From contig JAGCVD010000036.1 of the NCBI GenBank assembly GCA_017962545.1, positions 33,148-97,147 on the forward strand: 64,000 nt of DNA, given 5' to 3'. This DNA comes from Bacteroidales bacterium (GTDB lineage Bacteria; Bacteroidota; Bacteroidia; Bacteroidales; P3). The notes under the pieces are model-generated. The model was not told the DNA's origin and made no database searches. It worked only from the letters and a program-made list of their open reading frames with translations. Of the stretch, positions 30,006 through 39,970 are shown piece by piece. The stretch's first letter is position 1. Each line of letters starts with the position of its first letter. The translations under genes were made by a program, and so were the position numbers.

Positions 30006-30277
30006 AAAGACTTTTCCCTTCGAGCCAATACAAGAAAGACTACAAGCGCTATCGGCATAACACACGGAAGAAAGCCGCATTAAAGGTCATCCTTGACCTA
30101 CTGGCGAACGAAAAGCCCATACCTCCCGAATACTATCCCCACACGCTTACAGGCAACTACAAAGGCTGTCTTGAATGCCATATCGAGGGGGATTTCCTTC
30201 TTATCTGGATTGACGAAAAACAGGACATCATCGAGTTGGTGCGTTTAGGCTCCCACTCTGAATTGTTCGGGAAATAA
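30002..30277 (+). CDS. type II toxin, YafQ/RelE-family mRNA interferase
   Basis: 91 aa. YKKDYKRY...LLANEKPIPPEYYPHTLTGNYKGCLECHIEGDFLLIWIDEKQDIIELVRLGSHSELF closely follows the YafQ family pattern. Confidence 0.85.
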   Translation: MKRLFPSSQYKKDYKRYRHNTRKKAALKVILDLLANEKPIPPEYYPHTLTGNYKGCLECHIEGDFLLIWIDEKQDIIELVRLGSHSELFGK

Positions 30278-30283
30278 GTATTC

Positions 30284-31150
30284 ATGAGCAATAGACTGAT
30301 GACATGCGCGAAGGTGGCGCTCGGACTCGGAGTGCTAATGTGGGCCAGCATCTTCGTAGTGATACCCCTTCGGGACACAGCCGGGTGGATGGCGACGGCA
30401 TACCGCTATGCATACGTCCTGATGTGCGGAGCGGCACTGATGGTTGTCATCGGGCTGCTTCTTATGCAGATTGCCAAATACAACGAGGATAGTTACGACT
30501 TCCCCGAAAAGCCCGATCCCCAACGGGTGGCAGAGTTGCTGACGTGGATTGCGCCACAGGCGCGCCGTTGTATCTCATTCAGCGAGAGGCCAGGCCAACC
30601 CCTCACCGTGGGATTCAGCAAAGCCTATGGATACCCCGACTTGCCGATTGGGCGGAAGCGTCCTTTGGACGACAATGGCGAGCCGTTGGAACTCATCGTC
30701 CAACTGCGCTGCAGCGACCTGGCTCCCTTTGACCCCGAGAACCGATATCCTCATGCGGGAATGCTCTACTTCTTCGACGGGCTGGTACTCTATTGTGGAC
30801 AAGAGGAGGTGCTGCAACCCTCCTGCCCCGAGTTGGAATGGAACGGGAATCCGATAGTTTTTGGCGAGAATCAGGACTTCCCCGATTTCTCCATTGCCTG
30901 CGGGCAATTCCCGGACATCAAATGGGCCGACTACTTCGAAGCGTGTCGACAAGCCGGGTGGCGGGTCTGCGACGGCATTATTGGTGGCTATTGCCATTCC
31001 GAGCGGGAACCCGCCAGCGGTTTGGAGCATTGTGAAGCGCTGCTGACCGGCTTCTTTGACTGTCCCTGCCGCGATGGCGAAGGCATAACCTACCTCATCG
31101 ACCCTCAAGACCTGTCCAACCGCAGTTTCAGCAACGCCCTCTGCGTGTAG
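30284..31150 (+). CDS. membrane-anchored DUF1963 (YwqG-like) domain protein
   Basis: Two N-terminal TM helices, then GYPDLP...GEPLELIVQLRCSDLAPFDPENRYPHAGMLYFF, the characteristic DUF1963 core. Confidence 0.6.
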   Translation: MSNRLMTCAKVALGLGVLMWASIFVVIPLRDTAGWMATAYRYAYVLMCGAALMVVIGLLLMQIAKYNEDSYDFPEKPDPQRVAELLTWIAPQARRCISFSERPGQPLTVGFSKAYGYPDLPIGRKRPLDDNGEPLELIVQLRCSDLAPFDPENRYPHAGMLYFFDGLVLYCGQEEVLQPSCPELEWNGNPIVFGENQDFPDFSIACGQFPDIKWADYFEACRQAGWRVCDGIIGGYCHSEREPASGLEHCEALLTGFFDCPCRDGEGITYLIDPQDLSNRSFSNALCV

Positions 31151-31160
31151 ACAGAGGGAA

Positions 31161-31979
31161 TCAGTACTGTTCCTTCTCGTTGGGGAAGGTGACGTTCTTC
31201 ACGTCGTCGATGTATTGGCGGATGGCGTTGCTGATGTCGGCACCGAAGGAGCCATAGAGGCGGAGATAGCGGGGGGTGAACTGCTGGGTGATGCCGAGCA
31301 TGTCCTGCAGCACAAGCACCTGTCCGTCGGTCTCAGAGCCTGCGCCTATGCCGATGGTGGGAATATTTAACTCGCGGGTCACCTGTCCGGCCAGCTTGGC
31401 GGGAATCTTCTCCAGCACGACGCTGAAACATCCAGCATCTTCCAGCACATGGGCGTTGTGAATCAGTTGCTGAGCCTCGTCATCGTTTGTGGCACGGACA
31501 GCGTATGTACCGAACTTGTTGATGCTCTGGGGTGTCAGTCCGAGGTGCCCCATGACAGGGATTCCTGCCGTGAGGATACGGCAGATGGATTCGAGGACCT
31601 CCTCGCCACCTTCCAGTTTGACGGCGTCGGCCCCCGTCTCTTTCATGATGCGGATGGCGGAGGCCAGAGCCTGCTTCGAGTTGCCCTGGTAGGTGCCGAA
31701 GGGCATGTCGACCACCACGAGGGCGCGCTTGATGGCGCGCTTGACGGAGGAGGCATATACAATCATCTCGTCGAGCGAGATGGGGAGGGTGGTGTCGTAT
31801 CCCTCCATCACATTGGCGGCGGAATCGCCCACGAGCACCACATCTATCTTGGTGGCGTCGAGGAGCTTGGCCATAGAATAGTCGTAGGCGGTGAGCATGG
31901 CGATTTTCTCGCCCTGCTGTTTCATACGCTGGAGGACATGGGTGGTGACTTTGGTTACATCAGTCTGGAGATAAGCCAT
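31161..31979 (-). CDS. panB: 3-methyl-2-oxobutanoate hydroxymethyltransferase
   Basis: [14 protein letters not shown]...[20 protein letters not shown]...[11 protein letters not shown]...KLEGG: PanB signatures. Confidence 0.95.
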   Translation of the reverse strand: MAYLQTDVTKVTTHVLQRMKQQGEKIAMLTAYDYSMAKLLDATKIDVVLVGDSAANVMEGYDTTLPISLDEMIVYASSVKRAIKRALVVVDMPFGTYQGNSKQALASAIRIMKETGADAVKLEGGEEVLESICRILTAGIPVMGHLGLTPQSINKFGTYAVRATNDDEAQQLIHNAHVLEDAGCFSVVLEKIPAKLAGQVTRELNIPTIGIGAGSETDGQVLVLQDMLGITQQFTPRYLRLYGSFGADISNAIRQYIDDVKNVTFPNEKEQY

Positions 31980-31984
31980 AATTT

Positions 31985-32070
31985 GAATGTTTGAGTGTGT
32001 GAATGTGTGAGTGTGTTAGTTGGGCGGCAGCCACTTACACATTTACTTATTATCACATTTACACATTATC
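31985..32070. repeat. GT-arm/AC-arm hairpin repeat, copy X
   Basis: gtgaatgtgtgagtg (31999-32013) pairs with cacttacacatttac (32032-32046). The same arms occur at 44578-44617. Confidence 0.75.
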
Positions 32071-32076
32071 TGTTTC

Positions 32077-33372
32077 TTATAGTTCTTCATCGCCATCGGT
32101 TGGGGGGGTATCGGCGGGGGTGTCGAGATTCTCGTCGGCCTCCTCGACGATGCGGAGCATGGCACGGAAGGGTTTCTTGAATTCATAATCGCCGTTGCGG
32201 CCCACACGGAAAGGCTTGTAGAAAGCCTCTTCGCCGTACTCCATGATGGTCACAGCGCCCTGTTCGGTGGGGGTGTCGGCAGGATATAGATAGGAGCGCA
32301 CCTCTTCGGGCTGTATGCGTTTGGCGATGAAGATGGTGTCGAACTGCGTGGGGTTGATTCCCGCCTGGATCATCAGCACTGGACCGCCCTTGATTTTCTT
32401 GGTGGGGAGTGATTTATACTCAACCCCTTTGTCGGAGTACTTCTTGGCGTAGATGCGCAACTTCGACTCCACCTGCTCGTCAGTAACGGGGAAACGCACG
32501 AAAATGGAGTCGGGCATCTGCTGCGAGCACTCGCCGGGCTGGCGCGTGAAGGAGGAATGCAGCACCACGTATCCCACAGGCAGGATAATCTGGCGACGGT
32601 GGGGTACAAGGAAGTATTTCTCGACCAAAGCCTTGTAGTCCAAGTGCTCTTCGATGGTGATGGTGACGGGCGGAGGGCACTCGTCGCGGGTGCCGCGGAC
32701 AGAATAGATGCTGCCCTTGGGTAGGATTATCTGGGTGTAGTAGGAACGGATGTTGCTGTCCTGCGCGGGAATGAAGCATCCCTCGGAGAAACCTATGCAC
32801 TCTGCCGGGTCGTGGTGGAAAGTGACGAGCACCTTGTCCTTCAGCGGCACGGTCTTGTTCAGGAACATGCGGCTCTCGGGGAGCATACTGCAATCGTACA
32901 CCTGCTTGTCGACAGGCACCTCGTAGCGCAGCAGCTCGACGGTGTCGCCCTTGCAGGAGCAGTGCACGGGGTTGTAGGCATAACGGATGGGGAAACGGGT
33001 GTCGCGGTCGACATTCTCCTCGTCGCCACGCATGGAGAGATACCTGTAGACCGACTGCACCCTCGCGGCCATGAGTCCCGAGTCGGCCCTGTCGGCATAG
33101 CCCTCAATGGTGATGGCGTAGAAGCGCGGATTGTTGCGGTCGAAGCCAACGCTATAGGCCGAGTCGAGGCGGTCGAGGTCACGCACGCGGTAGTTGCTGT
33201 CGCCCGCGTCGAAGTCCAGCAGCAGGCAGAAGACCTCGGGGTTAATCCAAGCCTGCTCCAGTTGTTTGGGCTTCAAGGGCTTCTCGGACGGGATATACAA
33301 ACCCGTCTGCCCCCAGGCTGTTGGAAGTATGAGGTAAGAAGTAAGAACTAAGAAGGATAGAATCTTTTTCAT
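32077..33372 (-). CDS. secreted hypothetical protein with a degenerate OmpA-C-like stretch and an acidic tail
   Basis: Signal peptide (LILPTAWGQ). ITIEGYADRADSGLMAARVQSVYRYL resembles the OmpA_C motif. The C-terminus is DTPADTPPTDGDEEL. I recognise no family. Confidence 0.6.
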   Translation of the reverse strand: MKKILSFLVLTSYLILPTAWGQTGLYIPSEKPLKPKQLEQAWINPEVFCLLLDFDAGDSNYRVRDLDRLDSAYSVGFDRNNPRFYAITIEGYADRADSGLMAARVQSVYRYLSMRGDEENVDRDTRFPIRYAYNPVHCSCKGDTVELLRYEVPVDKQVYDCSMLPESRMFLNKTVPLKDKVLVTFHHDPAECIGFSEGCFIPAQDSNIRSYYTQIILPKGSIYSVRGTRDECPPPVTITIEEHLDYKALVEKYFLVPHRRQIILPVGYVVLHSSFTRQPGECSQQMPDSIFVRFPVTDEQVESKLRIYAKKYSDKGVEYKSLPTKKIKGGPVLMIQAGINPTQFDTIFIAKRIQPEEVRSYLYPADTPTEQGAVTIMEYGEEAFYKPFRVGRNGDYEFKKPFRAMLRIVEEADENLDTPADTPPTDGDEEL

Positions 33373-33398
33373 ATTTTCAGCAGGGCGCGTCAGCCTTC

Positions 33399-33427
33399 TA
33401 TAACCTATAACCTTTAACCAATAACCT

Positions 33428-33430
<3 letters not shown>
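33399..33430. repeat. heptamer-periodic spacer (tataacc tataacc tttaacc aataacc ttta) at the moxR stop
   Basis: Read directly. On the minus strand it reads TAAAGGTTATTGGTTAAAGGTTATAGGTTATA. Confidence 0.8.
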
Positions 33431-34378
<948 letters not shown>

Positions 34379-34386
34379 TTTTCTTA

Positions 34387-34420
34387 ATTGAGAATTGAAA
34401 ATTGAGAATTGAGAATTGGG
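34387..34420. repeat. heptamer tandem repeat (attgaga attgaaa attgaga attgaga attggg) in the moxR leader
   Basis: Read directly; period 7, about 4.9 copies. Confidence 0.85.
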
Positions 34421-34452
34421 AGGAGTGGCGCCGCGGTCTTACTTCTTAGTTC

Positions 34453-35820
34453 TTACTTTCCTGCGAACCAGTTGACGCGGAAGCTGGAGCAATCCTTGTA
34501 TTCGTCGGAGATATGGATATAGGTGGTCTTCACCATGCGGTTGCACCATTCCACAATCTTGGCAGTCTTGGCGGTCTGCAGGGCGGCAGCAAAGATGCGG
34601 TCGTAGTCATCCTCCAGGTTGGCGCGGTGAGCGGGGATTTTCTTCACCATACGCAGGATGCAGTAGGCGCTCTTGTTCTCGTCGGTGGTGATGGCCGTGG
34701 CGTTGGACACCTCGCCCTCGTCCATGGCCGAGATGCCGATGCCGGGATAGAGCTGTGCCAACTCCTCCTTGGTGAAGCGATTGTTGCCTGAGTGGGGGTT
34801 GGAGACGATGCCTCCCTGCTTGCGGCTGATGCCGTCGGAGTACTTCTCGGCCGCGGCTTCGAAAGTGATGCTTCCCTTGCGTATCTCGGTGGCGAGGCTG
34901 TCGAGGGTCATGCGGGCACGCAGCAGGTCTTCGGACGACGTCTTGGGCTGCAGAAGGATATGGCGGACGTTGATGGTGTTGCCCCTACGCTCGATGAGCT
35001 GGAGAATGTGGAAACCGTACTGGGTCTCGACGATGGGCGACACCTCGCCGGGCTTCAAGGCGAAGGCGGCGGCCTCAAACTCGCTCACCATCTTGCCACG
35101 CCCGAAGAAACCCAGTTCGCCGCCTTTGGCTGCCGACCCGGGGTCTTGTGAGTAGAGTTTGGCCAGCATGCTGAAGCGCTCGCCTTTGAGGACGCGCTCG
35201 CGCAACTCGGACAGCTCCGTGCGCACGCGGTCGCGTTCCTCTTCCGTGATGGAGGGCTGGATGGTGATTTCCGCCACCTCGTACTGGGCGTCGATGTCAG
35301 GCAGACTGTCCTGCGGGAAGGTGGCAAAATACTCGGCCACCTCGGCGGGGGTCACCTTCACGTTCTCAGTCAGTTCCGCCTCGACGCGCGAGCTGAGGAT
35401 GCGGTCGTGCAGGATATCGAAGTACTGGTCGTGCAGTTCGTCGTAGGAGTAGCCGACGGCCTCGCGCAGGCGGTCTTTCCCGCCCACTTGGTCGACAACG
35501 GCGTCGAGATAGTATTTCACCTGGTCTTCCACCTGCTCGTCAGTCACCTCCACACTGTCGACCATACCTTTGTGCACCAGCAGTTTGCTGATGAGCATAC
35601 TCTCCAGCAGGCTGCAACGCTCGGCATGGGCGTTCTCCATGCCTTGACGCAGACGTATCTGGCGGTAGGCCTGTTCGATATCGGAATTCTTGATGATGGT
35701 CTGTCCGACGACGGCCACGATACCGTCAACCACCTGTTTACGCTCCTGGGCCTGCGCCAGGGAGGCGCACACCATGGTGGAGAGCAGGATGAACAATAGT
35801 TTCTTCATTGCTTGTATCAA
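34453..35820 (-). CDS. SurA-like periplasmic chaperone / parvulin peptidyl-prolyl isomerase
   Basis: Signal peptide, a SurA_N-like region, and a parvulin domain (GGELGFFGRGKMVSEFEAAAFALKPGEVSPIVETQYGFHILQLIERRG). Confidence 0.85.
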   Translation of the reverse strand: MIQAMKKLLFILLSTMVCASLAQAQERKQVVDGIVAVVGQTIIKNSDIEQAYRQIRLRQGMENAHAERCSLLESMLISKLLVHKGMVDSVEVTDEQVEDQVKYYLDAVVDQVGGKDRLREAVGYSYDELHDQYFDILHDRILSSRVEAELTENVKVTPAEVAEYFATFPQDSLPDIDAQYEVAEITIQPSITEEERDRVRTELSELRERVLKGERFSMLAKLYSQDPGSAAKGGELGFFGRGKMVSEFEAAAFALKPGEVSPIVETQYGFHILQLIERRGNTINVRHILLQPKTSSEDLLRARMTLDSLATEIRKGSITFEAAAEKYSDGISRKQGGIVSNPHSGNNRFTKEELAQLYPGIGISAMDEGEVSNATAITTDENKSAYCILRMVKKIPAHRANLEDDYDRIFAAALQTAKTAKIVEWCNRMVKTTYIHISDEYKDCSSFRVNWFAGK

Positions 35821-37925
35821 TAGGTGATTTCGTCAATAACTTCCTGATGGACCTTGACATTGTACTTCTCTCGCAACTGACTGCACACCTTCTGGTCCAG
35901 ATAGTTCTGATAGTCGTTCAGATAGTAGCCGCGGGCTTCGTGGAGAGCCTTGGGTTCGGGCTCATGCACTTTCTCCACCAACACCAGGTCGTAGCCCTTG
36001 CGATGGGGACGGCCATAGATTCCCGTGTGCCACTCGCCGTCGCGCAGAATGTCCTGGCTGCCACGTTCCACAAGGTCGAAACGCACAATCACAGGGTTGT
36101 CGGCCTTGCACTTCTTGGTGCGCACTTTCTTCATCAGGGCGTCACGCAACGCCTCGCCGCCGGGAGCGTCGGACATCTTCTTCTGCAGAATGGAGATAGC
36201 CTTCTCGGGAGCCAGGCAGGCGCTGTCGAAGATGCTGAAGGTGTAGACCCTTGCGCGCTCGTTCCAGAAGTAGGGCGCCTGGGCCGAGTCGTTGATGTCG
36301 TGCTTGGGCATGGCCTCGGCATAGAAGGCGGCGAACCCTGCGGTGTCCTTGATGGCGCGGCTCCAGACGAACTTGTCGTTGTAAGTGAAAATCATCAGCC
36401 CGTGGCGATATTCGGCCATCAGGTCGCGGAACTCGGGGTTGTCCTGCTCCAGACGGTTGTCGGCATACTTGATGAGCTCATACTCCATGAAGTCCTTGTA
36501 GCGTTCGGCCACGAAGATGTCGAGGTCGCTGATGGGCCATACCTTCTTATGCTTGGAGAGGTAACGGGCGAAGTCGCGCGAATTGTAGTTCGTCTCGCCG
36601 ATGCGGAAGAGGGGGCGCATGTCGGTGATCTGGTTCGAGTCGTAGTTGAACTTGGCCGAGAAGATGGTGTCCGTCACCACGGCGCGGATGGCGGCGAGGC
36701 TGGCGGCATAGGGGGCGTTTTTCTTCTTCGAGGTCTTCACCTTGGTGTAATCCTCAAAGCCGTAGATTCTCTTGCACTGCTCGGCGAAGATGCGCTGCGG
36801 GCGTTTGCTGCGCTCGCCGACGGTCATGCGCGACTTGAGGTAGGGCACCATGCTCTCGAACGGGGGGCATTCCTCTTTGCTGATGAGCTTGATGATGTGC
36901 CATCCGTAGCGGGTCTTGAAGGGCTTCGAGAAGTCGCCCACCTGCATGCCGGAGGCGATAGTGGACACATACTCGGGAGGCAGCTGATTGCAGGGCATCT
37001 CGCCCAGTTCAATGCCCTGGGCTCCTGAACCGCGGTCCGAGCTATAGTTCTTGGCCACAGTGGCGAAGGGGTCGCCCTCGGCCAATTGGCGGTATGCCCC
37101 GTTGATCATCTTCTCGGGGTTGATGGCCTTGTTCGACACCCAGATGTGGGCGACATTGGCCTTGCCGTAGTAGTGGTTGCGCTCGAAGAGTTTGATGACG
37201 TGGTAGCCATATTTGGTCCTGACGGGCTGGCTCACCTCGCCGGGTTTCATGGCGTAGACAGCCGACTCGAAGGGATAGATCATGTCGAACACCGTGAAAC
37301 AGCCCAGGTCGCCCTCGATGGGGTTGTCCTCTTCGGCGCGCTTCCTCACGAGGGGGTCCTTGCTGTTCATGCGCTGGGTGCGCATCTCTTCCTGAGCCAA
37401 GGTATAGAAATCCTCGCCGTTGCGGGCGCGGAGCGACAGTTCCATGGCGTGGTTGTAGGCCGCCTCGGTGTCCTGGGCCGATGCCGCCTCACCGCACGGC
37501 ACCAGGATGTGCGCGGCGTGCAGGGCATACTGGCTGCGTTCATAGGCCTCCTGCAGAAGTTCCTTCAGGGTCGTCGAGTCAATCAGATAACTCGTCGCCA
37601 ACTCATCGCGGTAGGTTTTCAGCTCCTTGCGGAGGGCCGGCAGGGTGTCGTAGCCCAGGGCATAGGCGTCGGCCAGTTTGGCACGGAAATTGACATACAA
37701 CTGGGCATATTCCTCCAGAGCCTTGCGTTTCTCGTAGGTGCAGGCCGTGGGGGCTGCCGACGGGTCCTTACCGATGGACTGAAGGAAATCCTTCATGAAC
37801 TGCGACTTGTAGATGGGCTTCCCGCCCACCTCGAAGATAACGGGGTCGTTGGCGGTCTGTGCCACTGCCGTCGACAGCGCGGCGGCAAGAAGCATAAAGG
37901 TCAAAACTTTCTTCATCTTTTTCAA
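35817..37925 (-). CDS. large parvulin-type peptidyl-prolyl isomerase (two rotamase domains)
   Basis: Signal peptide and two PpiC domains (...KPGEVSQPVRTKYGYHVIKLFER and ...GDFSKPFKTRYGWHIIKLISK). An ATGA overlap links it to the downstream gene. Confidence 0.85.
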   Translation of the reverse strand: MKKMKKVLTFMLLAAALSTAVAQTANDPVIFEVGGKPIYKSQFMKDFLQSIGKDPSAAPTACTYEKRKALEEYAQLYVNFRAKLADAYALGYDTLPALRKELKTYRDELATSYLIDSTTLKELLQEAYERSQYALHAAHILVPCGEAASAQDTEAAYNHAMELSLRARNGEDFYTLAQEEMRTQRMNSKDPLVRKRAEEDNPIEGDLGCFTVFDMIYPFESAVYAMKPGEVSQPVRTKYGYHVIKLFERNHYYGKANVAHIWVSNKAINPEKMINGAYRQLAEGDPFATVAKNYSSDRGSGAQGIELGEMPCNQLPPEYVSTIASGMQVGDFSKPFKTRYGWHIIKLISKEECPPFESMVPYLKSRMTVGERSKRPQRIFAEQCKRIYGFEDYTKVKTSKKKNAPYAASLAAIRAVVTDTIFSAKFNYDSNQITDMRPLFRIGETNYNSRDFARYLSKHKKVWPISDLDIFVAERYKDFMEYELIKYADNRLEQDNPEFRDLMAEYRHGLMIFTYNDKFVWSRAIKDTAGFAAFYAEAMPKHDINDSAQAPYFWNERARVYTFSIFDSACLAPEKAISILQKKMSDAPGGEALRDALMKKVRTKKCKADNPVIVRFDLVERGSQDILRDGEWHTGIYGRPHRKGYDLVLVEKVHEPEPKALHEARGYYLNDYQNYLDQKVCSQLREKYNVKVHQEVIDEITY

Positions 37926-37951
37926 TTCCTAATTTCTAATTCCTGATTACC
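37924..37951. repeat. heptamer-periodic spacer (aattcct aatttct aattcct gattacc) between the guaB stop and the PPIase start
   Basis: Read directly; period 7, 4 copies. Confidence 0.75.
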
Positions 37952-39419
37952 TTGAATAGTTCGGGGCCTCGCGGGTGATGGCGATGTCGTGGGGATGGCT
38001 CTCGGTGCGGCCTGCGTCGGTGATGCGGATGAACTTGGCCTTCTGCAGCGCCTCGATATCCTTCGAGCCCGTGTAGCCCATGCCGGCCTTGAGTCCGCCG
38101 ACCATCTGGTAGAGGATCTCGCTGAGGGTGCCTTTGTAGGGCACGCGGCCCACAACGCCTTCGGGGACGAGCTTCTTGGCGTCGGTCTCCTTCTCCTGGA
38201 AGTAGCGGTCCTTGCTGCCCGCCTGCATGGCTTCAAGCGAACCCATACCCCTGTACGACTTGAACTTGCGGCCTTCGTAGATGATGGTCTCGCCCGGGGC
38301 CTCGTCGGTGCCGGCCACCAGAGAGCCGACCATGACGGTGCTGGCGCCTGCCGCCAGGGCCTTGACGATGTCGCCGCTGTAGCGGATACCGCCGTCGGCG
38401 ATGATGGGGACGTCGTAACCCTTTTGTTTCAAAGCGCCTACACACTCACAGACAGCCGTCAGCTGCGGCACTCCGATACCTGCCACGATGCGGGTCGAGC
38501 AGATGCTGCCGGGTCCGATACCCACCTTGATGGCGTCAGCACCAGCCTCGGCCAGCATGATGGCGGCCTCGCCGGTGGCGATATTGCCCACCACCACGTC
38601 GATGTCGGGATATTTGGCCTTCACCGACTTGAGAGCCTTGACCACATTGGCGCTGTGGCCATGGGCGGTGTCGATGACGAGGGCGTCGGCGCCGGCTGCC
38701 ACGAGGGCGTCGACACGCTGCATCATGTCGGGCGTGATGCCCACTCCGGCGGCCACGCAGAGGCGGCCGTTGCTGTCCTTGCAGGCCAGGGGGCGCTCCT
38801 TGGTCTTCATGATGTCGCGGTAGGTGATGAGGCCCATGAACTGGCCTTTCTCGTTGACCACGGGCAGTTTCTCGATTTTGTGCTGCTGCAGGATGTCGGT
38901 GGCCTCGGCGAAGGTGGTGCCCACATGGGTGGTGATGAGCTTGGTAATCATGATTTCCGACAGCGGACGCTCCATGTTGCGCTCGAAGCGCAGATCGCGG
39001 TTGGTGACCATGCCGATGAGCATCCTGTTCTCGTCGACGATGGGGATACCGCCGATGCCGTATTCATTCATCAGGCGCAGGGCGTCTTTCACGAGGGCGT
39101 CCTTGGTGAGTGTCACGGGGTCGACAATCATGCCGTTCTCGGCACGCTTCACCTTACGCACTTCGTTGGCCTGGCGCTCGATGCTCATGTTCTTGTGCAA
39201 TACGCCGATACCACCTTCCTGGGCCATGCCGATGGCCATGGCTGCCTCGGTGACGGTGTCCATGGCGGCCGACACCAGCGGCATGTTCAACTTGATGTGG
39301 CGCGAGAAGCGGGAGGCCACGGTAACCTGGCTGGGGATAATCTCAGAATAGGAAGGGACGAGCAGCACGTCGTCGTAAGTAAGGCCTTCGCCAATGAATT
39401 TTGTGGTATCTGTGTACAT
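37947..39419 (-). CDS. guaB: IMP dehydrogenase
   Basis: I trimmed the start to ATG 39419 ([27 protein letters not shown]), the normal IMPDH N-terminus. It has a CBS pair and the catalytic loop [11 protein letters not shown]. Confidence 0.95.
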   Translation of the reverse strand: MYTDTTKFIGEGLTYDDVLLVPSYSEIIPSQVTVASRFSRHIKLNMPLVSAAMDTVTEAAMAIGMAQEGGIGVLHKNMSIERQANEVRKVKRAENGMIVDPVTLTKDALVKDALRLMNEYGIGGIPIVDENRMLIGMVTNRDLRFERNMERPLSEIMITKLITTHVGTTFAEATDILQQHKIEKLPVVNEKGQFMGLITYRDIMKTKERPLACKDSNGRLCVAAGVGITPDMMQRVDALVAAGADALVIDTAHGHSANVVKALKSVKAKYPDIDVVVGNIATGEAAIMLAEAGADAIKVGIGPGSICSTRIVAGIGVPQLTAVCECVGALKQKGYDVPIIADGGIRYSGDIVKALAAGASTVMVGSLVAGTDEAPGETIIYEGRKFKSYRGMGSLEAMQAGSKDRYFQEKETDAKKLVPEGVVGRVPYKGTLSEILYQMVGGLKAGMGYTGSKDIEALQKAKFIRITDAGRTESHPHDIAITREAPNYSR

Positions 39420-39452
39420 AGCTTTGAGTGTTTTTTGTCTTGAAAAATTGTG

Positions 39453-39460
39453 CAAAGATA
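39453..39460 (-). promoter_or_regulatory. candidate -7 box (TATCTTTG on the minus strand) for guaB
   Basis: The plus strand reads caaagata, 34 nt upstream of the guaB start. Confidence 0.45.
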
Positions 39461-39673
39461 CGAAGAATTTCCGACATAATATATAAAATCCTGCCCACAC
39501 GTGAAAAATTAAGGTTTCAACAGCTGGCCAGAACCTGCGCAAACACCATGTTCTATGACACTTGCGCCCCTTCCGGCAATCACGCCGGAGGAGCCCCTTC
39601 CCTCACCCGCCGCCCGTCGTTTCCGCCCCTTGGAGCCTCCGTTTCCCGTCCTCGCGGCCTCCTCCAGCGCGCC

Positions 39674-39856
39674 GGTCCCGCGCCGTCCTTTCGCCGCTCC
39701 TTCGCCACGGCCTCGGAGCAGCCTGTGTTGTTCGCCGATTTATGTCCGTTTGTTCTTCGATTGTTCTTCGTTTTGAAAACGAAGAACAATCGAAGAAGAA
39801 TCGAAGAACAAACGAAGAACAACACAGGGCGCGGCGAAGGAGCGGCAAGACCGGGA
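39674..39856. repeat. large imperfect palindrome (about 180 bp) with a perfect 22-bp central stem
   Basis: ttcttcgattgttcttcgtttt (39753-39774) is the exact reverse complement of aaaacgaagaacaatcgaagaa (39776-39797). Outer matching blocks include ggcgaaggagcggc and gaacaacacagg. Confidence 0.85.
39780..39823 (+). repeat. four tandem 11-bp repeats (cgaagaaNaaN) in the right arm of the palindrome
   Basis: cgaagaacaat cgaagaagaat cgaagaacaaa cgaagaacaac. The left arm has only two copies. Confidence 0.9.
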
Positions 39857-39934
39857 CAAAGGCCTGGTGACGGCCCGCCGGAGAAAAAGCGCGACTTTTT
39901 CGCGGCGTTTTCCTACCATATTAAAAAAAAGTCG

Positions 39935-39942
39935 TATCTTTG
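39935..39942 (+). promoter_or_regulatory. candidate -7 box (TATCTTTG) for the tlpA-like gene, preceded by an A8 tract
   Basis: Motif 29 nt upstream of ATG 39971. The A8 run is at 39923-39930. Confidence 0.45.
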
Positions 39943-39970
39943 CACCTCGGAAATAAAACATCAAAACAAC

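Noticed and set aside
33335-33360. A 16-nt match (agtaagaactaagaag) between the signal-peptide coding region at about 33343 and the reverse complement of 34437-34456.
   Set aside because: It is short, purine-rich and low-complexity. One copy is coding and the other straddles a stop codon. I see no extended similarity, so it is most likely chance.
39428-39970. N-terminal extension of the tlpA-like ORF and five other ORFs across the guaB/tlpA intergenic region.
   Set aside because: The translations are Pro/Arg/Ser low complexity. The region is a palindrome, so ORFs appear on both strands. A canonical lipoprotein start (MRKNILLLL...AGC) with a -7 box lies at 39971.
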